Of a stretch of DNA of 64,000 nt, positions 47,004 to 56,126 are shown in pieces. Origin of the DNA: an uncultured bacterium (lineage in GTDB: Bacteria > Cyanobacteriota > Cyanobacteriia > B231). The notes under the pieces are model-generated. The model did no database searches, was not told the origin of the DNA, and saw nothing but the letters and a program-made list of their open reading frames with translations. How positions within the stretch are numbered: the first letter of the stretch is position 1; each line of letters opens with the position of its first letter. The stretch lies in assembly GCA_964536415.1 (NCBI GenBank), contig CAZHXN010000002.1, positions 785 through 64,784 of the forward strand, read 5' to 3'. The translations under genes were made by a program, and so were the position numbers.

Positions 47004-48941
47004 TCAAAATGGTCGCAATCCCACTGAAAAATAAATTCCCCTTTCCTGGAGCGTGTCATCTCCCTTGCCCACGTCAATCAAGGGAACCCCGTAATCTAGA
47101 CGCACTGTCAGGGCATCCCCCTGCTGCCAACGTAAACCTAATCCCGCCCCCAGTAAGGTATTTGTGCGTAAGTCAGGATTACCGCTTTGATTCCAGGCGG
47201 TGCCAAAGTCGATAAAGGGGGTGAGTTGCACCAGGGTTTGCTCACGGGGAACCCACAGAATCGGGAAGCGTAACTCTGCTGAGGCAAAGACCCCACTGTC
47301 ACTGAGTAAATAATTCTGGGGATAACCCCGCACCGTATCCTGTCCGCCTAGCCCAAATTGCTCCAGCGGCACTAAAGGATTAGCCGCCAATTGCACATCC
47401 GATCGCAGTAATACCACCGTATCCGGAGCCAACAACCGTAACCATTGCGCCTGTCCCCGCCATGCCAAAAATTGCCCATCCGGCCCCTCATTGTTCACCG
47501 TGGCATTGAATAGGCTAGTTCCTAGGCTGAATTGCGATCGCAAGGCCAAGACACTGCGACGATCGCGATCGAGCCATTCCTGGAAGAACCGGGCGATCGA
47601 CAATCGCGTTTCCCCCTGAGCATTAGCTCCCAGCGAGAGGGGAAAGGACGTATCCAGCAGGTAATTAAAACTTTCGCGACGGGTGAGGGTGAGGCCCATT
47701 GCCAACTCCTGGCTAGGGCTTTGATATAGCGGTTGCCGATAGGTTAATTCGGTGTCCCAGGAATTCGCCTTAATATCCAGCACATCAAAGGGAGGCGTAA
47801 TGACTGTGCTGTTGTTGTAATCGACATAAAGACTTAAGGTGCCATTACGGGCATTGATTGGTAACGTATACCGTCCCTCAAACTCATCACTGCCATCGGT
47901 GTTGGCATAGGTGAGCCGCAGTTCATCTCCCAATCCCAGCAGGTTGCCCTCGGTCACAGTGCCCCCACGCCGGAAGGTACCCACACTGGGGTTACGGCCA
48001 TTGTCCGCTTGAAGATCGATATGAAAAGAATCGGCTTCCGTCACCTGCACTGCAATGATGCTAGTCCCCGGTTGTACTCCCGTCGCCAGTTCGGCAGAAA
48101 TGTTGGCAATCAGGAGATTGAGACGCAAGAGTTGCAAGGCTGCCAATAGCTGGTTGACATTCAGCGGGGCCTGAGTTGCGATCGCCAACCGCCGCCGAAT
48201 ATATCCCGGCCTCAACCGCCGGTTCCCCGTGATATTAATCTGCTCAACCGAACCTTCCAGAATTTGGATAGTAACGGTCCCCCGATCCAGGGTTTGTGGG
48301 GGAATGAAGGCTCCAGATGTAATAAACTCCTGATCGATATAGTGTTGGGTGATGGCCGATCGCGCGCCTAAGAGTTCAGAAAAACTAATTTCTCTACCCA
48401 CAAATCCTTGCGTAATCTCAGCCAATTCCGCATCACTAAAGGCCGTATTGCCCTCAAATTCAAAGGCATTGACGACGATCGTCGCGGGAACATCCCCGTC
48501 AGGTTCTACCTCTGCCGGCGGTGTCGGCACAGCGGGCACGGGAGGGGCCGTAGGGGTGAGGAAATCTTCTGGTCCTAATGGCGTCAGAGTGGGGGGATCT
48601 ACCAGGCGTGGCGGGGTCCCAGGAATTGCAGTCGGTAGATTCTGGACGATGATTGGGTGAAGGGGTGGCGCGATCGGGAATAAATTATCAAGGGAACCGG
48701 ATACTAATTCGGCTGCTGAACCTGATCGGGGAGGCGCGATCGGGCTACTCACAATCGAAGCGGGGATTAAGGGTGAGGCAGGCTCCCCGTCAGGGAGTGC
48801 GATCGCAGGGCTACTCAACCAACTTCCAATGCCCACACCCACCAGCGTCAAGCCTGTTTTCCAAATCGGGTGGGAAGGGTCCCGGTTGCTACGATGTGTT
48901 CGCCACTCCACCAAAGCCTGTCGCCTCACCTGTCGAGCCAT
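47004..48941 (-). CDS. ShlB/FhaC/HecB-family two-partner-secretion outer-membrane transporter (TpsB; POTRA + 16-strand barrel)
   Basis: 645-aa ORF with an N-terminal signal-like region. POTRA region VNAFEFEGNTAFSDAELAEITQGFVGREISFSELLGARSAITQHYIDQEFITSGAFIPPQTLDRGTVTIQILEG. C-terminal beta-barrel ending YFSVGLRPF. Confidence 0.85.
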   Translation of the reverse strand: MARQVRRQALVEWRTHRSNRDPSHPIWKTGLTLVGVGIGSWLSSPAIALPDGEPASPLIPASIVSSPIAPPRSGSAAELVSGSLDNLFPIAPPLHPIIVQNLPTAIPGTPPRLVDPPTLTPLGPEDFLTPTAPPVPAVPTPPAEVEPDGDVPATIVVNAFEFEGNTAFSDAELAEITQGFVGREISFSELLGARSAITQHYIDQEFITSGAFIPPQTLDRGTVTIQILEGSVEQINITGNRRLRPGYIRRRLAIATQAPLNVNQLLAALQLLRLNLLIANISAELATGVQPGTSIIAVQVTEADSFHIDLQADNGRNPSVGTFRRGGTVTEGNLLGLGDELRLTYANTDGSDEFEGRYTLPINARNGTLSLYVDYNNSTVITPPFDVLDIKANSWDTELTYRQPLYQSPSQELAMGLTLTRRESFNYLLDTSFPLSLGANAQGETRLSIARFFQEWLDRDRRSVLALRSQFSLGTSLFNATVNNEGPDGQFLAWRGQAQWLRLLAPDTVVLLRSDVQLAANPLVPLEQFGLGGQDTVRGYPQNYLLSDSGVFASAELRFPILWVPREQTLVQLTPFIDFGTAWNQSGNPDLRTNTLLGAGLGLRWQQGDALTVRLDYGVPLIDVGKGDDTLQERGIYFSVGLRPF

Positions 48942-49123
48942 TGGTTATCTATCCCACCCTAATCACCGCTGATCCGTCCAATGTCGATCAGCATAAAGGT
49001 ATCCCGCCCAATCTCCAACTGCTCCCAGTAGGTGATCGTCCTTGCCATCGGTAATCACGGTCTATTTCCCGAAGGGGATGTTAGATGTGGGCCAATCCAA
49101 CTGAAGGCTTTCTCTTCTCGCAT

Positions 49124-50032
49124 CTACCCCCCCTGGGAGTCGAGCCAATTCACTAAATCCGCCAACTCGGTAAACTCTAACAACGCATCGCCCAATGTTT
49201 CTAGCTTCGCCAGCGATAACGCTTGCACTTGTGCGGTCAGGGCTGGGGGCAAGTCCCCAACGCGGCGGGTGAGCAGTCTTAGGATCAGCGATCGGCCCTC
49301 TTCCTGCCTACCTTCCTGTCTGCCTTCCTGTCTGCCTACTTCCTTGCCCTGCTGCCATCCCTGGCGTTCCCCTTCGCGCAGAATTTCTTGGTACCAGGGT
49401 GATTCCCGGAGGATTGCCATATCCCACCTCATGATTTGCCGGACAACATCACTATCCAACACAAAACTAGCAAAAAATGCCAGTAAGGCTTCCAACTCTA
49501 CCAACTGCTCATTTTGACGCAGCAAAGCCAACGCCCGCTCGACCGTCGCCACCTCGCTACCCTGCTTCAGGATCGGGACAAAGGGCAAGAGTACAGCTAG
49601 GGATTGCTGAAAGACCACCGCTGCCTCCACTTCCCAGAGGTTGATCACTCAGTAGTCCTGGCAGCTGTACAGCCCCATAAAGGTTGACTCATCGCGATCG
49701 CAAATCGTGACCGAGGCGGCAGGTGGCAAAATGTTGACCAGGACGGGATAGATCGGCAAGTCATACTTTTCCGCAGCAAGGGTGGCATAGGCGTGCATCC
49801 GCTTGGGGAGTCGGGTGTTATAGCGTAACTGCAACTCATTGAGGATTAAAAATTCACCCTGGGTCGGGCTATACGCCTTGACGAGGACATCATTTTCCCG
49901 GCCCACCCATTGAAACTCAGACCCCAAAATTTCCTGGGCAACCACATCTGCCTGTTGCGTCACCCACTGTACCCAGGCCGTTGGGGCTAACCCGATGAGG
50001 CGCTTTCCACCAATATCTGCTGTCTTCGCCAC
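49124..50032 (-). pseudogene. Rpn-family recombination-promoting nuclease/putative transposase (PD-(D/E)XK + DUF4351) interrupted by one in-frame TGA
   Basis: ORFs 49649-50032 and 49124-49648 are in the same frame, separated only by TGA (49649-51): ...MGLYSCQDY*VINLWEVEAAVVF... Together they make ~301 aa, the normal family length. N-terminus RENDVLVKAY...LNELQLRYNTRLPKRMHAY; C-terminus LILRLLTRRVGDLPPALTAQVQALSLAKLETLGDALLEF. Confidence 0.65.
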
Positions 50033-50140
50033 AGTCCTTAAAACCTTTGCCAGAGCTTAACCTGCTACTAAAGGGATGATTACCCATTGCGACAAGCAAA
50101 CTTCTAGAATAGCGGCAAAGCATTGTATTGGGGATTACCT

Positions 50141-50788
50141 ATGCCGCCCACCGCGATTTCTGAGGCCCTAGCCCCGCAGGACCTCCGGCAATTACTGGAG
50201 GAATACTACCAGGAGCGGACCCTGATTCCCTACCAGGCAGGCCAGAATATTAGCCTACAACCGGATGAGATCTGGATTGTCGGGCGGGGGGTGGTGGTGC
50301 TGAGTACCCTATACCAATCAGGGGACGAGGCCCTGTTGGGGCTAGCGGGTCCGGCTATGCCTTTTGGGTTACCCTTGACGGCGATCGCTCCCTATCAAGC
50401 GACGGCCCTCTCGGATGTGGATGTCATGCGCCTGACAATGGTCGAAATTGAATCCTCCCCCCTGTTGCAGCATGAAATTGATCGTCAGCTAGCGCGACGG
50501 TTACGCCAAACTGAAGCCCTCCTGGCCCTGAGTGGTTACCGCCGAGTCGAAGAACGTCTGCGGCAACTCCTCCTCCTCCTGGCGCAAGAAATGGGCCAAC
50601 CAACCCCCGACGGCATCCGGCTCACCGTGCGACTCACCCATCAGCACCTCGCCAACGCGATCGGAACCACACGGGTGACGGTCACACGCTTAATCGGGCA
50701 ACTGCGGCGGGAAAAATGGTTGGCGATCGATGCTTCACGCCACCTCACCCTGCGCTATCCCACGCAGCTAGAGTTTGCCACTCTCTAG
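50141..50788 (+). CDS. Crp/Fnr family transcriptional regulator
   Basis: ORF 50123-50788 (TTG in the track); first ATG at 50141. cNMP-binding-like beta-roll and HTH THQHLANAIGTTRVTVTRLIGQLRREKWL. Confidence 0.85.
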   Translation: MPPTAISEALAPQDLRQLLEEYYQERTLIPYQAGQNISLQPDEIWIVGRGVVVLSTLYQSGDEALLGLAGPAMPFGLPLTAIAPYQATALSDVDVMRLTMVEIESSPLLQHEIDRQLARRLRQTEALLALSGYRRVEERLRQLLLLLAQEMGQPTPDGIRLTVRLTHQHLANAIGTTRVTVTRLIGQLRREKWLAIDASRHLTLRYPTQLEFATL

Positions 50789-50867
50789 ACTCAAATGCAG
50801 GAGTGGATTGCAGTATTGCAGTATCGTATTGAAGTTGGATTACTGCTAAGCCGCTGCTAACTGCCCC

Positions 50868-52097
50868 ATGACCGCTGAACTTACATCGCCGACCCCCAAG
50901 CCTGACTGGCTTTATCGGGGCATTTGTGAGATTTTCCCCGATAACCCTGCTGCTCAGGATGTTAACGAAAGTCTAGTTTACCGCCTACAACAGAGCGATC
51001 GCCCGCTGCGGGTAAAGTTGGGCATCGATCCCACAGGGACAGATATCCACCTCGGACATGGCATTGTTTTCCGGAAGCTGCGAGCCTTCCAGGATGCGGG
51101 CCATACGGCAGTGTTGATCATTGGCGATTTCACCGCCCGGATTGGGGACCCTACCGGCAAATCCGAAGTCCGGCGACAGTTAACGGCGGCAGAAGTGGCA
51201 GCGAATGCGGAAACCTATCTCAAGCAACTGCGGCCCCTTTTAGATTTCGACACCCCTGGCCGGTTGGAAATTCGCTACAACTCGGAATGGTTGGCGGCAC
51301 TCGATCTGTCCAAGATTCTGGAATTGTTAGGAACGATGACCGTGGGCCAAATGTTAGCTAAAGAGGGGTTCGCTGAACGCTACAAGCAGGGGAATCCAGT
51401 CTATTTGCATGAGTTTCTCTATCCCTTGATGCAAGGGTATGATTCTGTTGCTGTGCAGGCAGATGTGGAATTAGGCGGTACGGACCAGAAGTTCAACCTG
51501 GCGGTAGGTCGGGATTTACAGCGCCATTTTGGGCAGCGGCCCCAGTTTGGCTTGCTGATGCCGATTTTGCTGGGAACCGATGGGGTACAGAAAATGTCCA
51601 AATCCTTGGGTAACTATGTGGGGTTGGCGGAAGATGCTCTGAGGATGTATTCCAAGCTGGAAAAAACGCCGGATAGTATTATTCAGGCCTATTTTGAGCT
51701 ACTGACGAATTTACCGCTGGATGCGTTGCCGGAGAATCCCCGCGATCGCCAGAAATTACTCGCACTCACGGTTGTCAGCCAGTTTCACGGGGAGGAAGCC
51801 GCCCGTCAGGCTCAGCAAGCGGCCCAAGCACTGGTTATGGGGGGCCAAGCTGATGCTGATGCGGTGCCAGAGTTTTCCCTTGCGGAGATTCAGTTTCCTG
51901 CCAAGCTGTTCTATATCCTCAGTGCCAGCGGCTTGTGTAGCAGTAGTGGGGAGGCCCGTCGCCAGATTCAGGGCGGGGCTGTGCGTTTAGCGGGCGATCG
52001 CGTGGAAAGTGTGGATTTAACGATCTCAACGCCGGACGATCTGGCGGGCAAAGTGCTACAAGTGGGCAAGAAGAAATTCATTCGCCTGGTTAGTTAA
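50868..52097 (+). CDS. tyrS: Tyrosine--tRNA ligase
   Basis: 409-aa ORF with the class I HIGH variant (TDIHLGHG), KMSKS (QKMSKSLGN) and a C-terminal S4-like domain. Confidence 0.95.
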   Translation: MTAELTSPTPKPDWLYRGICEIFPDNPAAQDVNESLVYRLQQSDRPLRVKLGIDPTGTDIHLGHGIVFRKLRAFQDAGHTAVLIIGDFTARIGDPTGKSEVRRQLTAAEVAANAETYLKQLRPLLDFDTPGRLEIRYNSEWLAALDLSKILELLGTMTVGQMLAKEGFAERYKQGNPVYLHEFLYPLMQGYDSVAVQADVELGGTDQKFNLAVGRDLQRHFGQRPQFGLLMPILLGTDGVQKMSKSLGNYVGLAEDALRMYSKLEKTPDSIIQAYFELLTNLPLDALPENPRDRQKLLALTVVSQFHGEEAARQAQQAAQALVMGGQADADAVPEFSLAEIQFPAKLFYILSASGLCSSSGEARRQIQGGAVRLAGDRVESVDLTISTPDDLAGKVLQVGKKKFIRLVS

Positions 52098-52235
52098 GTG
52101 CATATTTAGGGGCATATTACATGCGTCAATCTTGTGGGATAGCCGTTTGAGTCTATGGAGAACTCGGCTGTCCCGGTGGCAGGCAGGATGCCTACCCCAC
52201 AAATCGCTTCTTATCCTCAGTGGGGAACTGACCCT

Positions 52236-52967
52236 ATGACCGCTATAACCGCTATAACTGATCGCCTCATTGTGCCCCTCGATGTTCCCAGCCTGCCAGC
52301 CGCGATCGCGTGGGTAGACCGCTTACCCCAGGTCAGCTTCTGGAAAGTCGGCCTGGAATTATTTGTCAGCGCCGGACCTGCCATTTTGACCGAACTCAAG
52401 CAGCGCCAGAAACATATTTTTTTAGACCTGAAATTCCACGATATCCCCAATACCGTGGCAGGAGCCTGTCGCTCAGTGGCAACCTATGGCGTTGATCTGG
52501 TTACCCTCCATGCCGCAGCAGGCCCCGCAGCCCTCAAAGCCGCCCAAACCGCAGTCAGCGAAGCTGCCACTGCCGCTGGCCAATCCCCCCCCCAATTGTT
52601 AGCCATTACCGTGTTGACGAGTCTCACGGCGCGATCGCTCGCCCTGGATCTGAAAATTCCTATAGAATTACCGGAATACGCCCTGCATATGGCCCGCATG
52701 GCTCAGGAACAGGGAATTCCCGGTGCCGTCTGCTCACCCCAGGAGGTGGCCCAATTGCGTCAGATCTGCGGTCCTGATTTTCGGCTGGTGTGTCCCGGTG
52801 TGCGTCCGGAATGGGCGGCCAAGGGGGATCAACAGCGGACCCTGACCCCTGCAATGGCCGTCAAAGCGGGGGCTGACTACCTGGTCATTGGTCGTCCGAT
52901 CACGCAAGCCCCTGACCCAGCGGGTGCCTTTCAACGCATCTGTGATGAGCTGGCAACAGTGGTTTAA
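52236..52967 (+). CDS. pyrF: Orotidine 5'-phosphate decarboxylase
   Basis: ORF 52155-52967. Homology starts at [17 protein letters not shown] (ATG 52236). Motifs [12 protein letters not shown] and LVIGRPIT. Confidence 0.93.
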   Translation: MTAITAITDRLIVPLDVPSLPAAIAWVDRLPQVSFWKVGLELFVSAGPAILTELKQRQKHIFLDLKFHDIPNTVAGACRSVATYGVDLVTLHAAAGPAALKAAQTAVSEAATAAGQSPPQLLAITVLTSLTARSLALDLKIPIELPEYALHMARMAQEQGIPGAVCSPQEVAQLRQICGPDFRLVCPGVRPEWAAKGDQQRTLTPAMAVKAGADYLVIGRPITQAPDPAGAFQRICDELATVV

Positions 52968-52991
52968 ATTCAGCCGTGGTTTCAATCAACG

Positions 52992-53591
52992 ATGGGTCAA
53001 TGCTCCTGGTATCGTCCTCACCTATACGCATGGCTCCTGCTGTTGGGAGGCCCAGGGGTTGGGATGTGGGGAGTTACCCCGGCAGCGATCGCCCTCCACC
53101 CAGCCCCAGTGCTCCCATCCCGCGCCGTATCCGCCACCTGTCCACTGGATTTGGCAACCCTGGCCGAGCGTCTGGCCCAAGATCTCCCCGCCTATGCCAA
53201 CCGGGTGAGCCAGCGTTCACGTCTAGTCCCAGACATTCAACCCAGCACGATGCTCATTGCCAGCCGCCCGGAACTGGAGCCGCTGCCTCTGGGGGGAGTT
53301 CACGGTGGCTCGACCCTCTCGCCCCCACCGGCGAGTAACCCTATCCAACAAATCTTCCTGACTACCCTGAGCCGTCGCTCGACCCTCGGTAAAGTCATCA
53401 CCCTCCAGCAATTTCACTGGCTCCTGCTCAGCCGTAATGACCAGGGCTGGTGGCTAGTCATGAGCTTTAGCCGGACCGGTGGGCATCCCCTCACGCAGTC
53501 ACCGACACCGCCCCAGGACAGCAGTCAGGGGGTCGTGGCCGTGGCAGTGCGCCTGTGGTTGCGCGATTGTCGGGCCGGGGCGCTGCGCTAA
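52992..53591 (+). CDS. Hypothetical protein (199 aa) with N-terminal hydrophobic/signal-like segment
   Basis: ORF with ordinary composition (LATLAERLAQDLPAYANRVSQRSRL...QQFHWLLLSRNDQGWWLVMSF). No motif recognised. Confidence 0.55.
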   Translation: MGQCSWYRPHLYAWLLLLGGPGVGMWGVTPAAIALHPAPVLPSRAVSATCPLDLATLAERLAQDLPAYANRVSQRSRLVPDIQPSTMLIASRPELEPLPLGGVHGGSTLSPPPASNPIQQIFLTTLSRRSTLGKVITLQQFHWLLLSRNDQGWWLVMSFSRTGGHPLTQSPTPPQDSSQGVVAVAVRLWLRDCRAGALR

Positions 53592-54087
53592 TTAACTTCG
53601 CTAATTAATGGGGGTGTGCTACACTCGGAACTAATCCACGCTTGAGATACCAAGCCGCCAAGGCGAAAAGGAGGTGATGCCCATGCAAGATAGTAGTAAA
53701 CACATGGGTCATCAGGTTAGCGTAGTCCGGCTGTGCGCCGGGGCTGTTCTCTAAGTTCGGTGCCATTTCTCAGAAGTCTCAGACTTTTTGGAAGGCGGAA
53801 CTTCTAGTTCCTCCCGGCAGCCTGGTACTAACCTGAAGACCCGCTACACCGCTCTTGTCCTGTGAAGATTCCCTAGGAGTTTTTACGCCCGACAAGAGCG
53901 GATAGTCTTTTAAAGGGCTTTGTCTGTTTTTTATAAAAATTGCATCTCTACCCCTGAAGGAAGAGTAGTGCGGGTGGCAGATATCATTGAAACGGTGGCT
54001 CGAACCCGGAAATCGACGATCGCCTTGTCTTAGATTGTCTTAGATTGTCTTAAATGAATCTTAAATGAAACAGCGAGGACAGTGGGC

Positions 54088-54651
54088 ATGAATCTTCTCA
54101 TGGCATTCGCTACGTTAGTGTTCTGGTGGCACAGTTGGGGATTGGCCCCGCTCTCTGGCCAACCCTGGGCCGATCGCCCGATTGCCCACCCCGCATTGGG
54201 AGCCATGACGATCCGTATCCCCACCAGTGGCGCGATCGTGGGCAGTGTGCTGTCATTCCCCGGAACGCCCCCGACTAACCTAGGCGTTAAGGCGGGTAAA
54301 CTGGCCCCTTGTCCCAGTTCGCCTAACTGTGTGTCTAGCCAAAGCCGGGATGCCCAACACCGGATCGATCCCCTGACCTATACCGGCGAGGGCAAAACCG
54401 CCTTTGCCAATCTCCAGCAGGTAGTGGCTAAGCAGGAACGCACCCGCATCCTTGAGGCAACTGACACCTATCTGTATGCCGAATTTTCAACCCCGCTCCT
54501 GGGTTTTGTAGATGATGTTGAGTTCTGGCTGGATGAAGCCAACGGTTTGATCCAGGTGCGATCGGCGTCCCGACTAGGGGAGTCGGATCTGGGGGTGAAC
54601 CGTAAGCGGATTGAAACGATTCGTCAGCAGTGGCAACAACAGCAAGCTTGA
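54088..54651 (+). CDS. DUF1499 domain protein
   Basis: ORF 54082-54651; ATG at 54088. LAPCPSSPNCVSSQ ... GFVDDVEFWLDEANGLIQVRSASRLGESDLGVNRKRIETIR matches the DUF1499 pattern. Confidence 0.8.
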   Translation: MNLLMAFATLVFWWHSWGLAPLSGQPWADRPIAHPALGAMTIRIPTSGAIVGSVLSFPGTPPTNLGVKAGKLAPCPSSPNCVSSQSRDAQHRIDPLTYTGEGKTAFANLQQVVAKQERTRILEATDTYLYAEFSTPLLGFVDDVEFWLDEANGLIQVRSASRLGESDLGVNRKRIETIRQQWQQQQA

Positions 54652-54790
54652 CGAGAACGGGATGCGCACCAGCGGTTAACTCGCATCCTAAAACCTCCAC
54701 TCGACAGCTGCCGGTGGGGTGAACTGGCCGAAGCGGTGTAAACTCGCCCCATCATCGTGAATCTGCCCAACCCCGATCGGTCTATTCCCT

Positions 54791-55381
54791 ATGTCTGCCT
54801 TAAGTGCAAAGGTTGAAGCTATTCTTTACCTGAAAGGACAGGCCCTCTCCATTGCCCAGATCGCTGAGTATGCCCACTGCGATCGCGCAGCGGTTGAAGA
54901 AGCCCTGCTAGAACTGATGGACGACTACAACCACCGGGATAGTGCGCTGGAGGTGATTGAAACGGTGGAGGGCTACAGCCTGCAATTGCGCACGGCCTTC
55001 CAGGGGTTAGTCGAACAACTGATTCCACTCGATTTAGGGGTAGGTACCCTGCGGACCCTAGCAGCGATCGCCCTTAAGGGATCGATTTTGCAAACGGAAT
55101 TAGTAGAATTGCGAGGATCGGGAGCCTACCAGCATGTCCAAGAGTTGATCGAGAAAGGATTTGTGCGCAAACGTCGGGTCGCGGATAGCCGGTCCGTGCG
55201 GTTGTTACTGACTGATAAGTTTTTTCGATATTTCCAAACCGAATCGTTGCCCCAAATTCCAGCCCTCAGCCCGCCGCCGGCTGCGGTTACTCAGAGTCCT
55301 GCGAATCAAGTACCAGAGACAACCCCAATCACGGACCCTCAAGCCCATCCCAGCGTCGATGCCGCTGCCTCATCTCCGTAA
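54791..55381 (+). CDS. scpB: SMC-Scp complex subunit ScpB (segregation and condensation protein B)
   Basis: 196-aa ORF: VEAILYLKGQALSIAQIAEY..., two winged-helix halves, LRTLAAIALKGSILQTELVELRG. Confidence 0.88.
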   Translation: MSALSAKVEAILYLKGQALSIAQIAEYAHCDRAAVEEALLELMDDYNHRDSALEVIETVEGYSLQLRTAFQGLVEQLIPLDLGVGTLRTLAAIALKGSILQTELVELRGSGAYQHVQELIEKGFVRKRRVADSRSVRLLLTDKFFRYFQTESLPQIPALSPPPAAVTQSPANQVPETTPITDPQAHPSVDAAASSP

Positions 55382-55524
55382 ACTTACTGGATTAGGCAGC
55401 TGTCTGTTACCCCCTGCATCGTTAATGGACCGGAGTTAAAGGGAGAATTCACGCAAATTTGGGGAGGTGAAAGTTAACAGGAGCGTTTAGATTAGTAAAT
55501 AACCAATCTCGATCTTAAGCACTC

Positions 55525-55917
55525 ATGGTATTTGACCCTGACTTTCTGAATACGGACGTGGAAGACAACCAGACCAATCTGTTGTTGCAATATCTCCAAC
55601 ACCAACCGCCGGAGGTCTTGGCACGGGTTGTGAAGTCAGTTAGCCCTGAAATCAAGGAAATTATTTCCCAGAATGTGCAGGGAATGGTCGGGATGCTGCC
55701 ATCGGAAGGGTTTAATGTGCAAATTACCACCGATCGCGAGAACCTCGCCGGTTTGCTGGCCTCGGCCATGATGACAGGCTACTTCCTGCGCCAGATGGAG
55801 CAACGCATGGAACTCGATGTCCACATTACGGGTGACACCGCCTTTGCTGCCCCTTGGGATCGGTTCGTGTCTAATCCTCTCGGCTGCCCCCCTCGCGACT
55901 ACGACCCACAGGATTAG
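55525..55917 (+). CDS. DUF760 domain protein
   Basis: 130-aa ORF: NLLLQYLQHQPPEVLARVVKSVSPEIKEIISQNVQGMVGMLPSEGFNVQITTDRENLAGLLASAMMTGYFLRQMEQRMEL. Confidence 0.8.
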   Translation: MVFDPDFLNTDVEDNQTNLLLQYLQHQPPEVLARVVKSVSPEIKEIISQNVQGMVGMLPSEGFNVQITTDRENLAGLLASAMMTGYFLRQMEQRMELDVHITGDTAFAAPWDRFVSNPLGCPPRDYDPQD

Positions 55918-55956
55918 GGACTGACCTCGCTCAAGTGTACCGTTTGTACCTTGTCA

Positions 55957-56098
55957 GGTTGGGCCAAACCCCATGCGACCCAACACTCCCGACGAAAAAG
56001 GGCCAAGAAAGGTGACCCCACACCCTGAAAAAATGTTGGGCTTTGCCACTACGAATGCCCCCCGCAACACTTGGGTCTCGCCCACTCGCTGCCTACCC
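55957..56098. repeat. Dispersed repeat, copy B (related to 9232-9300)
   Basis: GGTTGGGCCAAACCCCATGCGACC (55957-55980) and GGTCTCGCCCACTCGCTGCCTACCC (56074-56098) match the ends of copy A. The interior contains ATGTTGGGCTTTGCC. Confidence 0.35.
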
Positions 56099-56126
56099 AC
56101 GATCGCCTGATGATCACGATCACCCG

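Noticed and set aside
53600-53900. Cobalamin riboswitch
   Set aside because: A B12-box-like string (CTGAAGACCCGC, ~53833-53844) caught my eye. I could not find the other conserved cobalamin-riboswitch blocks (GGGAA / GGTGAAAATCC / GCCACTG-type) in proper order, and the downstream gene (DUF1499) is not a typical B12-regulated gene.
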